A stretch of 32,000 nt of DNA from Nitrosopumilus maritimus SCM1 (GTDB taxonomy: Archaea > Thermoproteota > Nitrososphaeria > Nitrososphaerales > Nitrosopumilaceae), in the NCBI RefSeq assembly GCF_000018465.1, contig NC_010085.1, positions 720,001 to 752,000 of the forward strand. The letters run 5' to 3'. The notes below the pieces were generated by a model. The model did not search any database. It was not told where the DNA came from and worked only from the letters and a program-made list of their open reading frames with translations. Within the stretch, counting starts at the first letter, position 1, and the number at the start of each line of letters is the position of its first letter. Both the position numbers and the translations under genes were made by a program. Below, piece by piece: positions 1 through 8,010 of the stretch.

Positions 1-380
1 TCAATAGCTTCATCAGCTGAAATCTTGCCCTTCTCGAACATGTGAATGACTTCGTCTAACTGTGCTGGAAACTCTTCATCTGCATTATTTGCAGAAGGTA
101 CAATCTTACTTACCTCATGTTCATCATGATCATCTGAATGAGTTTTTTCTGAAACAACTGAAGGATTCAAAAATGTTTTGAACCAATTTGTTTGATATGC
201 TTCTTTTCCACCTGGATAATCTGAACATAACACCAATCCACAAATGTCGGTACTAGAACCATATTGTGATGTTCCTACGCCTTTTCCTTTTAGAGCTTCA
301 GCATTTGGAATAACATTTGTTCCAACTATACCAACAATCATGATTGCTGTTATGAAAACAACCATACTTGTTTTAGACAT
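1..380 (-). CDS. Hypothetical secreted or membrane-anchored protein (C-terminus cut by window edge)
   Basis: Not in the ORF track because it is open at the window edge. The reverse complement from ATG (380-378) reads MSKTSMVVFITAIMIVGIVGTNVIPNAEALKGKG...HSDDHDEHEV...KISADEAI with no stop down to base 1. It has a hydrophobic N-terminal signal/anchor followed by AEA. The + ORF 244..474 is its antisense shadow. Confidence 0.5.
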   Translation of the reverse strand, partial: MSKTSMVVFITAIMIVGIVGTNVIPNAEALKGKGVGTSQYGSSTDICGLVLCSDYPGGKEAYQTNWFKTFLNPSVVSEKTHSDDHDEHEVSKIVPSANNADEEFPAQLDEVIHMFEKGKISADEAI

Positions 381-466
381 GAATGGTACAAATGATAAAG
401 TGTACTTAATCTTGTGTCTATTTCTGAATCTTTATTCTAATAATGTAGAATCAAAAAATTTTCTGT

Positions 467-1117
467 TTAGATGAAAATGTCTGTTTTCTTCTCAACAATT
501 TGTTGTTTGAGAGAATCTGGAACGTCTGGAATTGATGCTTTTGTTTGACCAGCAATAACTCCTTGTGCTTCTTCTAAGATTGCCAATGTATCTGCGTTGG
601 TTTCTGGACCGACGCTCATTGAATCTCCTAAGTCTACTGATGAGCCTGACATTACATCTCCAAGTACTGATGACAAGTCTTGCATTGACGCATTTGCCTC
701 TGGCATGATTCCATTAAGTGATGGAGCTAATCCCTTGATTATTGACATACATGGACTGAGTGTGACTACTACATCTCCTAGTTCTGATACTGTATCTAGT
801 CTAAGTTTGACTTGCTCCATTGAAAGTTTGGCACCACTTACCATGTTTTTCATCTTTCTTACTTGGGCTAATTCATTTGCGTATGCTTGAGCATAGGCAT
901 TTTTGTTACTTTTATGAGCACTGACTATTTTTTCAAAAATTTGATCATGTTTTACTCGTAATTTTTCATTAATTCCTTCTAATTTTGTTATTTGAAATTG
1001 TAATTTTTTTTGTGCAAAGTCGATTTTGTTCTTTAGTGGCTCATCAGGCTTTACTTTTCCCATGACTTTTTGGGAAATACTTTCTCCCCCTGTGTTGTTC
1101 CAAGAGTTACTTAGCAT
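467..1117 (-). CDS. cdvB: ESCRT-III / Snf7-family cell division protein CdvB homologue
   Basis: 216 aa with a helical, heptad-rich core (KIDFAQKKLQFQITKLEGINEKL..., YANELAQVRKMKNM, KLSMEQVKLRLDTVSELGD) and an acidic flexible C-terminus, typical of the Snf7/Vps2 fold. A TTTAAAA box lies about 32 nt upstream of the ATG. Confidence 0.75.
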   Translation of the reverse strand: MLSNSWNNTGGESISQKVMGKVKPDEPLKNKIDFAQKKLQFQITKLEGINEKLRVKHDQIFEKIVSAHKSNKNAYAQAYANELAQVRKMKNMVSGAKLSMEQVKLRLDTVSELGDVVVTLSPCMSIIKGLAPSLNGIMPEANASMQDLSSVLGDVMSGSSVDLGDSMSVGPETNADTLAILEEAQGVIAGQTKASIPDVPDSLKQQIVEKKTDIFI

Positions 1118-1173
1118 GTCTGATTCTCGATATTGGTCAAAAATTTTGTTTTAAAGAGATTTGTCACCCTAGC

Positions 1174-1211
1174 TAGTGTAACTGGAGTGACAGATAGTTG
1201 TAGTTACACTA
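1174..1211 (-). terminator. 10-bp inverted repeat (TAGTGTAACT / AGTTACACTA) overlapping the stop codon of the upstream gene, followed by a T-rich tract
   Basis: Arms at 1174-1183 and 1202-1211 are exact reverse complements with an 18-nt loop. The right arm contains the TAG stop (1209-1211) of ORF 1209..2318. An alternative 6-bp pairing exists between 1162-1167 and 1187-1192. Confidence 0.3.
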
Positions 1212-2318
1212 CCCAAAGGTAAATGTGAATATCTGGAATCCCTTACCCTTGACTTTTAACTCCAATACATGGGATGCACTCTCTTCATTGGTAATGATGT
1301 TGTATAGTCCTGGTTCAGAAACACTTAGAGTATTTCCAGATATAATGTCATTGCCAGAGTATTGCACTGGTAATGCTTCTCCATCAAGATAAATCTCTAG
1401 TTCTGCATTATTTGCAGTCACAATGTTTACCTCTTTTGCATTATACAACAATTTAATTTCTCCTTCCTCAGAAATCAATTCCATACTGTCTTCATGGTTT
1501 TTCCATGTTCCAATTGGGTAGAATTTGTGTAATTCTATTTTATCTGACTCTTCATACACAACTGTTTTTTCTGGCTGGAATCCTTCTTCACTACCTAATT
1601 GATTTCTGTTTTGTGCAAAGTAATATCCAAAGTATAACTCTGGTGTTCTAAACAATGTATGTTCAAACTCTTCAATGTCAACTAATGATAAAGCAGATGC
1701 CATTTGAATTCCTAATGAATCAGATCTTTCTTTGATTAATTGTTGAATAATTTTTTCAGTTTCTTGATATCCTCCTTCTCCTATGTGATCATATCTAATG
1801 TAACCTTCATGATCTGCAATGTATTTTCTTGGCCAGTATCTGTTTTCAAACGCTTTCCAAGTTTCCATATCGTTATCCATTACAACTGGATAGTTGATTC
1901 CGTGTTTTTCAATTGACATTTGTACATTTTCAGGGACTTTTTCAAATTCAAATTCTGGAGAATGTACTCCAACAATTAACAATCCTTGATCAGAATATTT
2001 GTCATCCCAAGCTGTGATGTATGGTAAAGTTCTGATACAATTAATGCAACTATATGTCCAAATGTCATATAGCACTACTTTGCCTTCAATCTCTTGTGCT
2101 AATTCTTCAGGAGTTGTATTCAGATAGTGGGCAATTCCTACTAAATCAGGTGCTTTTTTGAAGCCTGATTTGTCTATTTTACTAGCAGAATTTGCACTAT
2201 CAAAGTTATTGGCTGTTTGAATATTGTTTTCAATTGTAGAAAAAACAATACTTGTAATTCCTATTCCCACGGCAATCACAATTCCTAAAATTAATGCGGT
2301 TTTAATTTCTGATTTCAT
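1209..2318 (-). CDS. Membrane-anchored thioredoxin-like protein, DipZ C-terminal-domain type (redoxin plus beta-sandwich domain)
   Basis: N-terminal TM helix, then VVLYDIWTYSCINCIRTLPYI (CxxC), VGVHSPEFEFEKVPENV and NRYWPRKYIAD. This closely matches my recollection of the thioredoxin domain of mycobacterial DipZ. It lies 4 nt downstream of ccdA. Confidence 0.8.
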   Translation of the reverse strand: MKSEIKTALILGIVIAVGIGITSIVFSTIENNIQTANNFDSANSASKIDKSGFKKAPDLVGIAHYLNTTPEELAQEIEGKVVLYDIWTYSCINCIRTLPYITAWDDKYSDQGLLIVGVHSPEFEFEKVPENVQMSIEKHGINYPVVMDNDMETWKAFENRYWPRKYIADHEGYIRYDHIGEGGYQETEKIIQQLIKERSDSLGIQMASALSLVDIEEFEHTLFRTPELYFGYYFAQNRNQLGSEEGFQPEKTVVYEESDKIELHKFYPIGTWKNHEDSMELISEEGEIKLLYNAKEVNIVTANNAELEIYLDGEALPVQYSGNDIISGNTLSVSEPGLYNIITNEESASHVLELKVKGKGFQIFTFTFG

Positions 2319-2322
2319 TTGA

Positions 2323-3057
2323 TCACCCTAGTAACACCAGTTCGTTGAGAAGAGGAAAGTTTGCAATATATGCTAATTGATTTGTAAAAACTAAAACTCC
2401 TAACACAATAATGAATCCTCCTAAAATTATGTTATAATATTTTAGATGTTTATTCATTTTTTTAATGAGTCTTGTTCCTCTTGAAAGAAACACTCCCATC
2501 AGAATAAATGGAATTCCTAATCCTAGAGAATACATCAACATTATGTTTAGTGCATGAGCTGGAGTTGCTGCTGCTAAAGTCAAAATTGTCCCTAATACTG
2601 GACCGACACAAGGAGTCCATGCAGCTGCAAATGCTAATCCAAAAATAAATGAAAATGGATAACTAACTTTCATTCCTTTTGGAATAATTTTTCTCTCTAC
2701 GTTCAATTTTCTGATTTTTATTGAAAGCATCAAAAACACTCCAAATGAAATAATTATTGTTCCTCCTATCATGTTGAATGTGGATGTAAATTCTTCACCC
2801 ACATTTGAAAAAATACTGTTAATTATTACACTGTAAATTGCAAATACTGTTGTAAATCCTAACACAAAGAAAATTGTATTGAAAATGATATTTGATCTAC
2901 TGATTACTTTTGTAGTTTGATTTCCATTTTGATTTAATTCTGAAAGTGTAGTTCCAGAAATATATGCAAGAAATGCTGGAATCATGGGTAAAATACAAGG
3001 AGCTACAAACGATCCAAGTCCAGCAAGAGCTGCAATTGCCAGAGTTATTTCAGCCAT
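2323..3057 (-). CDS. ccdA: Cytochrome c biogenesis-type thiol:disulfide electron transporter CcdA/DsbD family
   Basis: Polytopic membrane protein carrying the two conserved Cys motifs CILPMIPAF and WTPCVGPVLG. Confidence 0.85.
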   Translation of the reverse strand: MAEITLAIAALAGLGSFVAPCILPMIPAFLAYISGTTLSELNQNGNQTTKVISRSNIIFNTIFFVLGFTTVFAIYSVIINSIFSNVGEEFTSTFNMIGGTIIISFGVFLMLSIKIRKLNVERKIIPKGMKVSYPFSFIFGLAFAAAWTPCVGPVLGTILTLAAATPAHALNIMLMYSLGLGIPFILMGVFLSRGTRLIKKMNKHLKYYNIILGGFIIVLGVLVFTNQLAYIANFPLLNELVLLG

Positions 3058-3153
3058 GATTCAAATTTACAATTTTTACTTTAAAGCATTCTTCCAGATT
3101 TTTACCAAATACTCAGACAATCCGTTTTTAACTGGGTTTTGCCTAATTTTGAT

Positions 3154-3258
3154 ATGAATAAACGATTTGTGATAGTTGGTATTGTTTTGGGCATCGTTGT
3201 TGTGGCTGCTGTTTTAATTGGGTCTCCAATGTTTGGCGGTTTTGACGCTATGAGATAA
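3154..3258 (+). CDS. Possible 34-aa single-TM micro-protein
   Basis: Below the track cutoff. ATG 3154 gives MNKRFVIVGIVLGIVVVAAVLIGSPMFGGFDAMR. Its stop TAA (3256-3258) abuts the bioF stop, forming TAATTA. Confidence 0.3.
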   Translation: MNKRFVIVGIVLGIVVVAAVLIGSPMFGGFDAMR

Positions 3259-4383
3259 TTAGCAGAATTTTACGTATGCTTTTTCAAAAATCTCCAAGGT
3301 TCTCTCAATATCTTTGTCATTTAGCCAAGCTGTAACTGAAATTCTCAATCTTGCTTGATTTTTTGGCACGGTTGGGTATCTTATTGGCTGTGCAAATACC
3401 CCATTATCAAACAGAAATTTTCCAAAGTCCATGGCTGATTTTTCATTTCCTATGATTATTGGAATTATCTGAGATTTTGAGTTAATCTCAAATCCTATCT
3501 CTTTGAGGCCTTTTGATAATGACTTTGTATTTTTTTCTAGTATCTTTCTCTGTTTTTCTCTATTTGATTTGAATCGTTTTAGAGAATGTTTTACCAAAAG
3601 TGATGGCAGTGCTGATGTGTAGATAAATGATTTTGATTTATTTACACACAAATCAATTACATTATTTTGTGCAGCAATATATCCTCCAAATGATCCTAGT
3701 CCTTTACTTAGACTGCTAATATACAAATCAATTTTTTTCCCAACGCTAAAATGATTGGGTGTTCCTTTCCCATCTTTTCCTATTACAAAATCCCCATGCG
3801 CATCATCAACAATTGTTATGGCATTGGTTTTCTCTGCAATCTCTGTAATTTGTTTTAGTGATGATAAATCTCCATCCATACTAAATATCCCTTCAGTTAT
3901 GATAAACTTGTTTTGTGCTTTTTGTTTTGATTTAGAATGTAAATCTTGCATGTCATTATGTTTGTAAATTGAAATTTTGGCATCAGTTAATTTACATGAC
4001 TCTATAATACTTGCATGATTTAATTCATCACTTAAAATTAAATCTCCTTTTTTTGCAATTGCAGAAATTGAACCCAAGTTTGCCATGTATCCTGTAGGAT
4101 AAATCAAACTGTTTTGTTGAGATTTATGTTTTGCAAGTTCTTTTTCTAGTTTAATGTATGATTCGTCATTTCCTGAAACCAATCTTGAACTTGATTGAAG
4201 TTGATCCGTTTGTAGTTTAGTTATTGGTAATCCAAGATAATCATTTGAACATAAATTTAATAATTTTTTACCATTAATTGTAATGAATTCATTTTGAATT
4301 TTTCCAAATCTTAATTTTCTATACAGATTGTTTTGTTTAATTTCGTGTAATTCTTCATCAACAAATCTTAATTTTTTCTTCAA
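3259..4383 (-). CDS. bioF: 8-amino-7-oxononanoate synthase
   Basis: Alpha-oxoamine synthase motifs: SNDYLGL, VDDAHG and the PLP-lysine motif SSLSKGLGSFGG. It sits in the bio gene context. The start must be TTG (4383-4381), because an in-frame TAG lies two codons upstream and the first internal Met is near residue 98. Confidence 0.85.
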   Translation of the reverse strand: MKKKLRFVDEELHEIKQNNLYRKLRFGKIQNEFITINGKKLLNLCSNDYLGLPITKLQTDQLQSSSRLVSGNDESYIKLEKELAKHKSQQNSLIYPTGYMANLGSISAIAKKGDLILSDELNHASIIESCKLTDAKISIYKHNDMQDLHSKSKQKAQNKFIITEGIFSMDGDLSSLKQITEIAEKTNAITIVDDAHGDFVIGKDGKGTPNHFSVGKKIDLYISSLSKGLGSFGGYIAAQNNVIDLCVNKSKSFIYTSALPSLLVKHSLKRFKSNREKQRKILEKNTKSLSKGLKEIGFEINSKSQIIPIIIGNEKSAMDFGKFLFDNGVFAQPIRYPTVPKNQARLRISVTAWLNDKDIERTLEIFEKAYVKFC

Positions 4384-4413
4384 GGTCTATTTTTGACTGT
4401 TGAAATCTTATAT

Positions 4414-4423
4414 GCCTATAGGG
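4414..4423. promoter_or_regulatory. GCCTATAGGG motif (8-bp palindrome CCTATAGG) abutting the TATA-like box of bioF
   Basis: In bioF orientation the region reads GGCCCTATAGGCATATAAGA, with the ATATAAGA box ending about 24 nt before the TTG start. The identical 10-mer recurs at 6361-6370 upstream of bioB. Confidence 0.35.
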
Positions 4424-4485
4424 CCGATCTTTCCAATTTTTTCTGAAAATTTCTTACAGGCGTAAAATTTTGTGCCTAAATGTAG

Positions 4486-4538
4486 TTCCCAACTTTGGGA
4501 AATAGGCATCTTTATACCTTATTCCCATCTATGGGAAT
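4486..4538 (+). promoter_or_regulatory. Two related perfect palindromes flanking a TATA-like box upstream of the metalloprotease gene
   Basis: TTCCCAA-CT-TTGGGAA (4486-4501) and ATTCCCAT-CT-ATGGGAAT (4521-4538) share the core TTCCCAnCTnTGGGAA with centres 36 bp apart. TTTATAC (4511-4517) lies between them, 34 nt before ATG 4551. Confidence 0.45.
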
Positions 4539-4550
4539 TGGGTCAAAAAT

Positions 4551-5285
4551 ATGAAAATCACACTAAATTCAAAGATTTTTTCTTGTATCCTTGCAGGATT
4601 TTTGATGTTATCAATACCTGGTTTTATTCAAGATACTGATGCAGTTGCTCCATTAACATCCAAGTTCCTTTCTCTTGAAAAAAATGGAATCATAACTTCT
4701 GCATTTTGGAATATTTTGCCTCATGAAGAATTAGATGTTGTATTTTTAGGAAGTCATTTGTTAACTGATAAACAACTTGATGCAGTTGTTTATGCATTAA
4801 CATCTCATGACACAATTGAATTAGATGATTCTGCTAATGATAACTTGGTAAATTCTAAATCTACCTATTATTTGGGATGGGAAGGTGCATTAACTGCTGC
4901 ACAAAATATTGATACGGAGAATACAATTCCTACAAAATTCAATATTGTCTCAACATTGAGTGATAAAAATAACATTGTAATTCAATTTTCAAATTATAGA
5001 GAATCTGACGGATATTCTGGGTATGCACGAATATTCACACATGATCGTGAAATTCTACAATCTCATATTATGATTTATGATGTAGAAAAACTGTCTGCTG
5101 AAGATTTGACAACTATTATCAGACATGAATTTGGACATGCTCTAGGTCTAGGACATTCTATTGATTCAAATGATTTAATGTCAAACATGATTCTTACTGA
5201 AACTCCATACATCTCACAATGTCACATAGATGCTGTTAGAGATTTGTATGATAATAATGATGAAAACTTTACAGTGTGTAATTAA
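4551..5285 (+). CDS. Secreted zinc metalloprotease, metzincin/matrixin-like (peptidase M10-type)
   Basis: N-terminal signal-like hydrophobic segment, an HEFGHALGLGHS (HExxHxxGxxH) zinc site, and a downstream Met (DLMSNM) as a possible Met-turn. Confidence 0.75.
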   Translation: MKITLNSKIFSCILAGFLMLSIPGFIQDTDAVAPLTSKFLSLEKNGIITSAFWNILPHEELDVVFLGSHLLTDKQLDAVVYALTSHDTIELDDSANDNLVNSKSTYYLGWEGALTAAQNIDTENTIPTKFNIVSTLSDKNNIVIQFSNYRESDGYSGYARIFTHDREILQSHIMIYDVEKLSAEDLTTIIRHEFGHALGLGHSIDSNDLMSNMILTETPYISQCHIDAVRDLYDNNDENFTVCN

Positions 5286-5325
5286 TTTCAAACATTCTTC
5301 TCAACTACAACTATAGCTAGTTTTT

Positions 5326-6306
5326 TTATTGTGATTTAAGACCAATCTTTTCAATCATTGCATGGTCTTTTTGAGCTTCATTGCCCCCCATAGTAAGGTA
5401 TCCTGAGGTAATGATTCCATTTGCTCCACTTTGAAGTAATTCCTCGCCTGAATCCTCTAGGTTGGTTTCTCTTCCTCCTGAGATTTTAATGACTGACTCT
5501 GGAAGTAAAAATCGGATAACTGAAAACATTCTGACAATTTCAGAATTTGGCAAATCTGTTTGTAATTCCAATGGAGTTCCTGGTACTGGTACCAAAATGT
5601 TGATTGTTACTTCTTCAGGGTACAATCTTGCTAACTCTAATGTTAATTCTAATCTCTGTTCTCTTGTTTCACCTAATCCGATAATTCCACCAGTACATAA
5701 CTCCAATCCTGCATCTCTTGCTATTCCTAGTGTTTCTAGTCTGTCTTCATATGTGTGAGTTGTACATATTTCTGGAAATTTTGATTTTGCTGTCTCTAAA
5801 TTATGGTTGTATCTTTTTACTTTGAGATCTTTGAGTTTTTTTGCTTGTTCTTGTGTAAGGAATCCTAGACTACATTCAACACTTATTCCAACTTTATCAT
5901 TAATTTCAGTAATAATTTTGCAAACTTTTTCAAAATCTGTTCTTGATGGTTCTCTCCATGCTGCAACTAGACAATATGACTCTGCACCTTCTTCTTTTGC
6001 TTTTTGAGCCTTTGACACTACTTCTTCAGGTGATGGTAGTTGGTATGTCTCTATACCTGTATCAAAGAATGCAGACTGTCCGCAAAATGTACAGTCTTCA
6101 CTACATGCATTTTTCTTTATGTTGTTTAGTTGTTCAACGTCTACTTTTTCTCCATTAAAATCTCGAGTTATCTCATTTGCACATCTTGCCAAATCCTTCA
6201 GATTCTCCTCTGGAATGTTTAGTAATTTTTCAGCATCTTCAGCAGTAATGTGATTTCCTGAAAATACTTTTTCTTGACACTCTTTGATGAACTCTAGAGT
6301 ACTCAT
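5326..6306 (-). CDS. bioB: Biotin synthase (radical SAM)
   Basis: CSEDCTFCGQS (CxxxCxxC), YNHNLET, and a length and layout typical of BioB. A TTATAAAT box (complement of 6328-6335) ends 22 nt upstream of the ATG. Confidence 0.9.
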   Translation of the reverse strand: MSTLEFIKECQEKVFSGNHITAEDAEKLLNIPEENLKDLARCANEITRDFNGEKVDVEQLNNIKKNACSEDCTFCGQSAFFDTGIETYQLPSPEEVVSKAQKAKEEGAESYCLVAAWREPSRTDFEKVCKIITEINDKVGISVECSLGFLTQEQAKKLKDLKVKRYNHNLETAKSKFPEICTTHTYEDRLETLGIARDAGLELCTGGIIGLGETREQRLELTLELARLYPEEVTINILVPVPGTPLELQTDLPNSEIVRMFSVIRFLLPESVIKISGGRETNLEDSGEELLQSGANGIITSGYLTMGGNEAQKDHAMIEKIGLKSQ

Positions 6307-6347
6307 GGTCTAATACAGATATTTTCCATTTATAACAATAATGGAAA

Positions 6348-6377
6348 GGTTAACCTTTGAGCCTATAGGGGGTTAAC
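6348..6377. promoter_or_regulatory. GGTTAACC ... GCCTATAGGG-GGTTAAC element between the bioA stop and bioB start
   Basis: GTTAACC (6349-6355) and GGTTAAC (6371-6377) are reverse complements. They enclose a 15-nt segment holding the second copy of GCCTATAGGG (6361-6370). The element starts 3 nt after the bioA stop and is centred about 59 nt upstream of the bioB ATG. Confidence 0.35.
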
Positions 6378-6379
6378 AG

Positions 6380-7693
6380 TTAGATTACTTGTGATTTTGC
6401 ATCCTGAATTGTCTTTATCGTGCGTGTTAGGAGAGAGTTTAGTTCTTTTTCTGATATTGCCAGTGGGGGCACTAGCATGACTATGTTGCCTAGGGTTCTA
6501 AGATAGATTCCATTTTTCTTTCCTATTTCATAGAATATTTTATTGATGGATTTTTTGGGATGAATTGGAGTTTTTTTCTTTCTATCTGTGACTAGCTCTA
6601 TTCCCATAAGCATTCCTTTGTGTCTGATGTCTCCGACAATGTCTATTTCCGAAATTTCATCATAATATTTCTCAAACACTTTGGATGTTTTTTGGACTTT
6701 TTTGATGAGATTGTTTTTCTTGTACATGTCGATATTTTCATTAGCAACTGATGCTGCAAGTGGGTTTCCAGTGTATGTGTGTCCGTGGAAAAGATGTTTC
6801 CAATCATTGAATTCACCTGAAAATGAATCATAGACTTTTTTATTTGCAAGAGTGGCTGCCATTGTAAGATACCCTCCAGTTAACATTTTTCCATATGCTA
6901 CAATGTCTGGAATTGATTTTTGTTCTTGGTATTGTGTCATTGATCCTAATCTTCCAAATCCTGTTGCAATTTCATCTAAGACAAATAATACATCGTATTT
7001 TTTACATAACTGACTAATCTTTCTTTGAAATCCTTTTGGATAAATAATCACTCCTCCTGCAACTTGTGCTCCGCTTTCCATTACAAATGCTGCAATGTTG
7101 TTATTTTTTGAAAACTTTTTTTCTATTTTTTCTAAACATTCATTTTGATAATCAGATAATGTGTATCCTTTTGGTAATCGATAATTATTTGGAACTGGAA
7201 ATTGCAATGTCTGAAATAGTTGTTTTTTGAATTTTCCAAAAAATTGTGGAACATATCCTACTGCCATGGCACCAAATGTGTCCCCATGATATCCGTTTTC
7301 TACAGTTGCAATCTCTGTCTTTTTCTCTCCAATATTTTTCCAGTATTGTAATGCAATTTTGATTGCAATTTCCATTGCCGATGAGCCATTATCTGAATAG
7401 AATACCTTGTGCATTCCTGGTGACATCTTGATAAGACTATCTGCAAGTTGTTCTGCAGGCTCGTTTGTAATGTTGAACATAGAAGAATGCTGTAGTTTTT
7501 TGCTTTGATTTGTGATTGTCCTCACCAATTGAGGATTAGAATGTCCCCAAACGTTACACCACATAGAGGCAACTGCATCAATCATTTTATGACCTTTAGA
7601 ATCTACAAGCCACATTCCTTTGGCCTTGGTAATTTTATCAAATGAATTCCATTCTTTCATTTGGGTATTTGGGTGCCAAACAGAACTTTTCAA
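6380..7693 (-). CDS. bioA: Adenosylmethionine-8-amino-7-oxononanoate aminotransferase
   Basis: VWHPNTQM near the N-terminus, DEIATGFGRLG, and the PLP-lysine motif AYGKMLTGGY. TTG start at 7693-7691: there is no in-frame ATG between the upstream TAA (7726-7724) and the conserved WHP motif. Confidence 0.9.
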   Translation of the reverse strand: MKSSVWHPNTQMKEWNSFDKITKAKGMWLVDSKGHKMIDAVASMWCNVWGHSNPQLVRTITNQSKKLQHSSMFNITNEPAEQLADSLIKMSPGMHKVFYSDNGSSAMEIAIKIALQYWKNIGEKKTEIATVENGYHGDTFGAMAVGYVPQFFGKFKKQLFQTLQFPVPNNYRLPKGYTLSDYQNECLEKIEKKFSKNNNIAAFVMESGAQVAGGVIIYPKGFQRKISQLCKKYDVLFVLDEIATGFGRLGSMTQYQEQKSIPDIVAYGKMLTGGYLTMAATLANKKVYDSFSGEFNDWKHLFHGHTYTGNPLAASVANENIDMYKKNNLIKKVQKTSKVFEKYYDEISEIDIVGDIRHKGMLMGIELVTDRKKKTPIHPKKSINKIFYEIGKKNGIYLRTLGNIVMLVPPLAISEKELNSLLTRTIKTIQDAKSQVI

Positions 7694-7744
7694 CTGATTT
7701 ACTCTGGTATCAGATCTTAATAATTATCCGATTATTCTTGAAAA

Positions 7745-7945
7745 TTACTCAACACCTATGCTTCTCATTGCAGCACAAGCTTTTCCACCTTTACTCCAAC
7801 ATTTGCATGAACAAGATACTGCTTTACCACTTTCCAAATCTTTAATGACTTTGTGAAAAACACCTTCTCTGACTTTGGATTCTATTGTTATTGTCTCATA
7901 CTTGTCAGAATCTTGAAAGTTTTCGCTCATGGGATGATTTCTCAT
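7745..7945 (-). CDS. Small hypothetical protein with a C-terminal Cys cluster (CSCKCWSKGGKAC)
   Basis: The ORF sits between bioA and divergent bioD. Candidate ATG starts are at 7945 (MRNHPMSENF...) or 7930 (MSENF...); the track start at 7960 is a TTG. A TATA-like CTATATTG/TTAAAAATA lies just upstream. Confidence 0.4.
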   Translation of the reverse strand: MRNHPMSENFQDSDKYETITIESKVREGVFHKVIKDLESGKAVSCSCKCWSKGGKACAAMRSIGVE

Positions 7946-8010
7946 GGGTATTTTTAACAATATAGTCCAACCGATGAGTTAATCAATGGATTATTCTGAA
8001 AATATCTCTG

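Noticed and set aside
244-474. 76-aa + strand ORF from the track
   Set aside because: It overlaps, in antisense, the better-supported minus-strand ORF 1..380, which has a signal peptide and an ATG start. The remainder runs into the cdvB 3' region. The low-complexity hydrophobic translation looks like a shadow ORF.
597-890. Antisense or alternative-frame track ORFs nested inside strong genes (597..890; 3755..3967; 5462..5758; 5807..6007; 5943..6158; 6643..6849; 9717..9950; 10386..10589; 12573..12824; 14707..14934; 14766..14981; 16655..17690 set; 21285..21470; 23039..23272; 24052..24246; 24670..24945; 25614..25841; 26103..26834 set; 27963..28169; 30304..30531; 30648..30887)
   Set aside because: Each lies wholly or largely within a longer ORF that has clear family motifs. 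The translations are low-complexity and lack motifs. These are typical shadow ORFs of AT-rich coding sequence.
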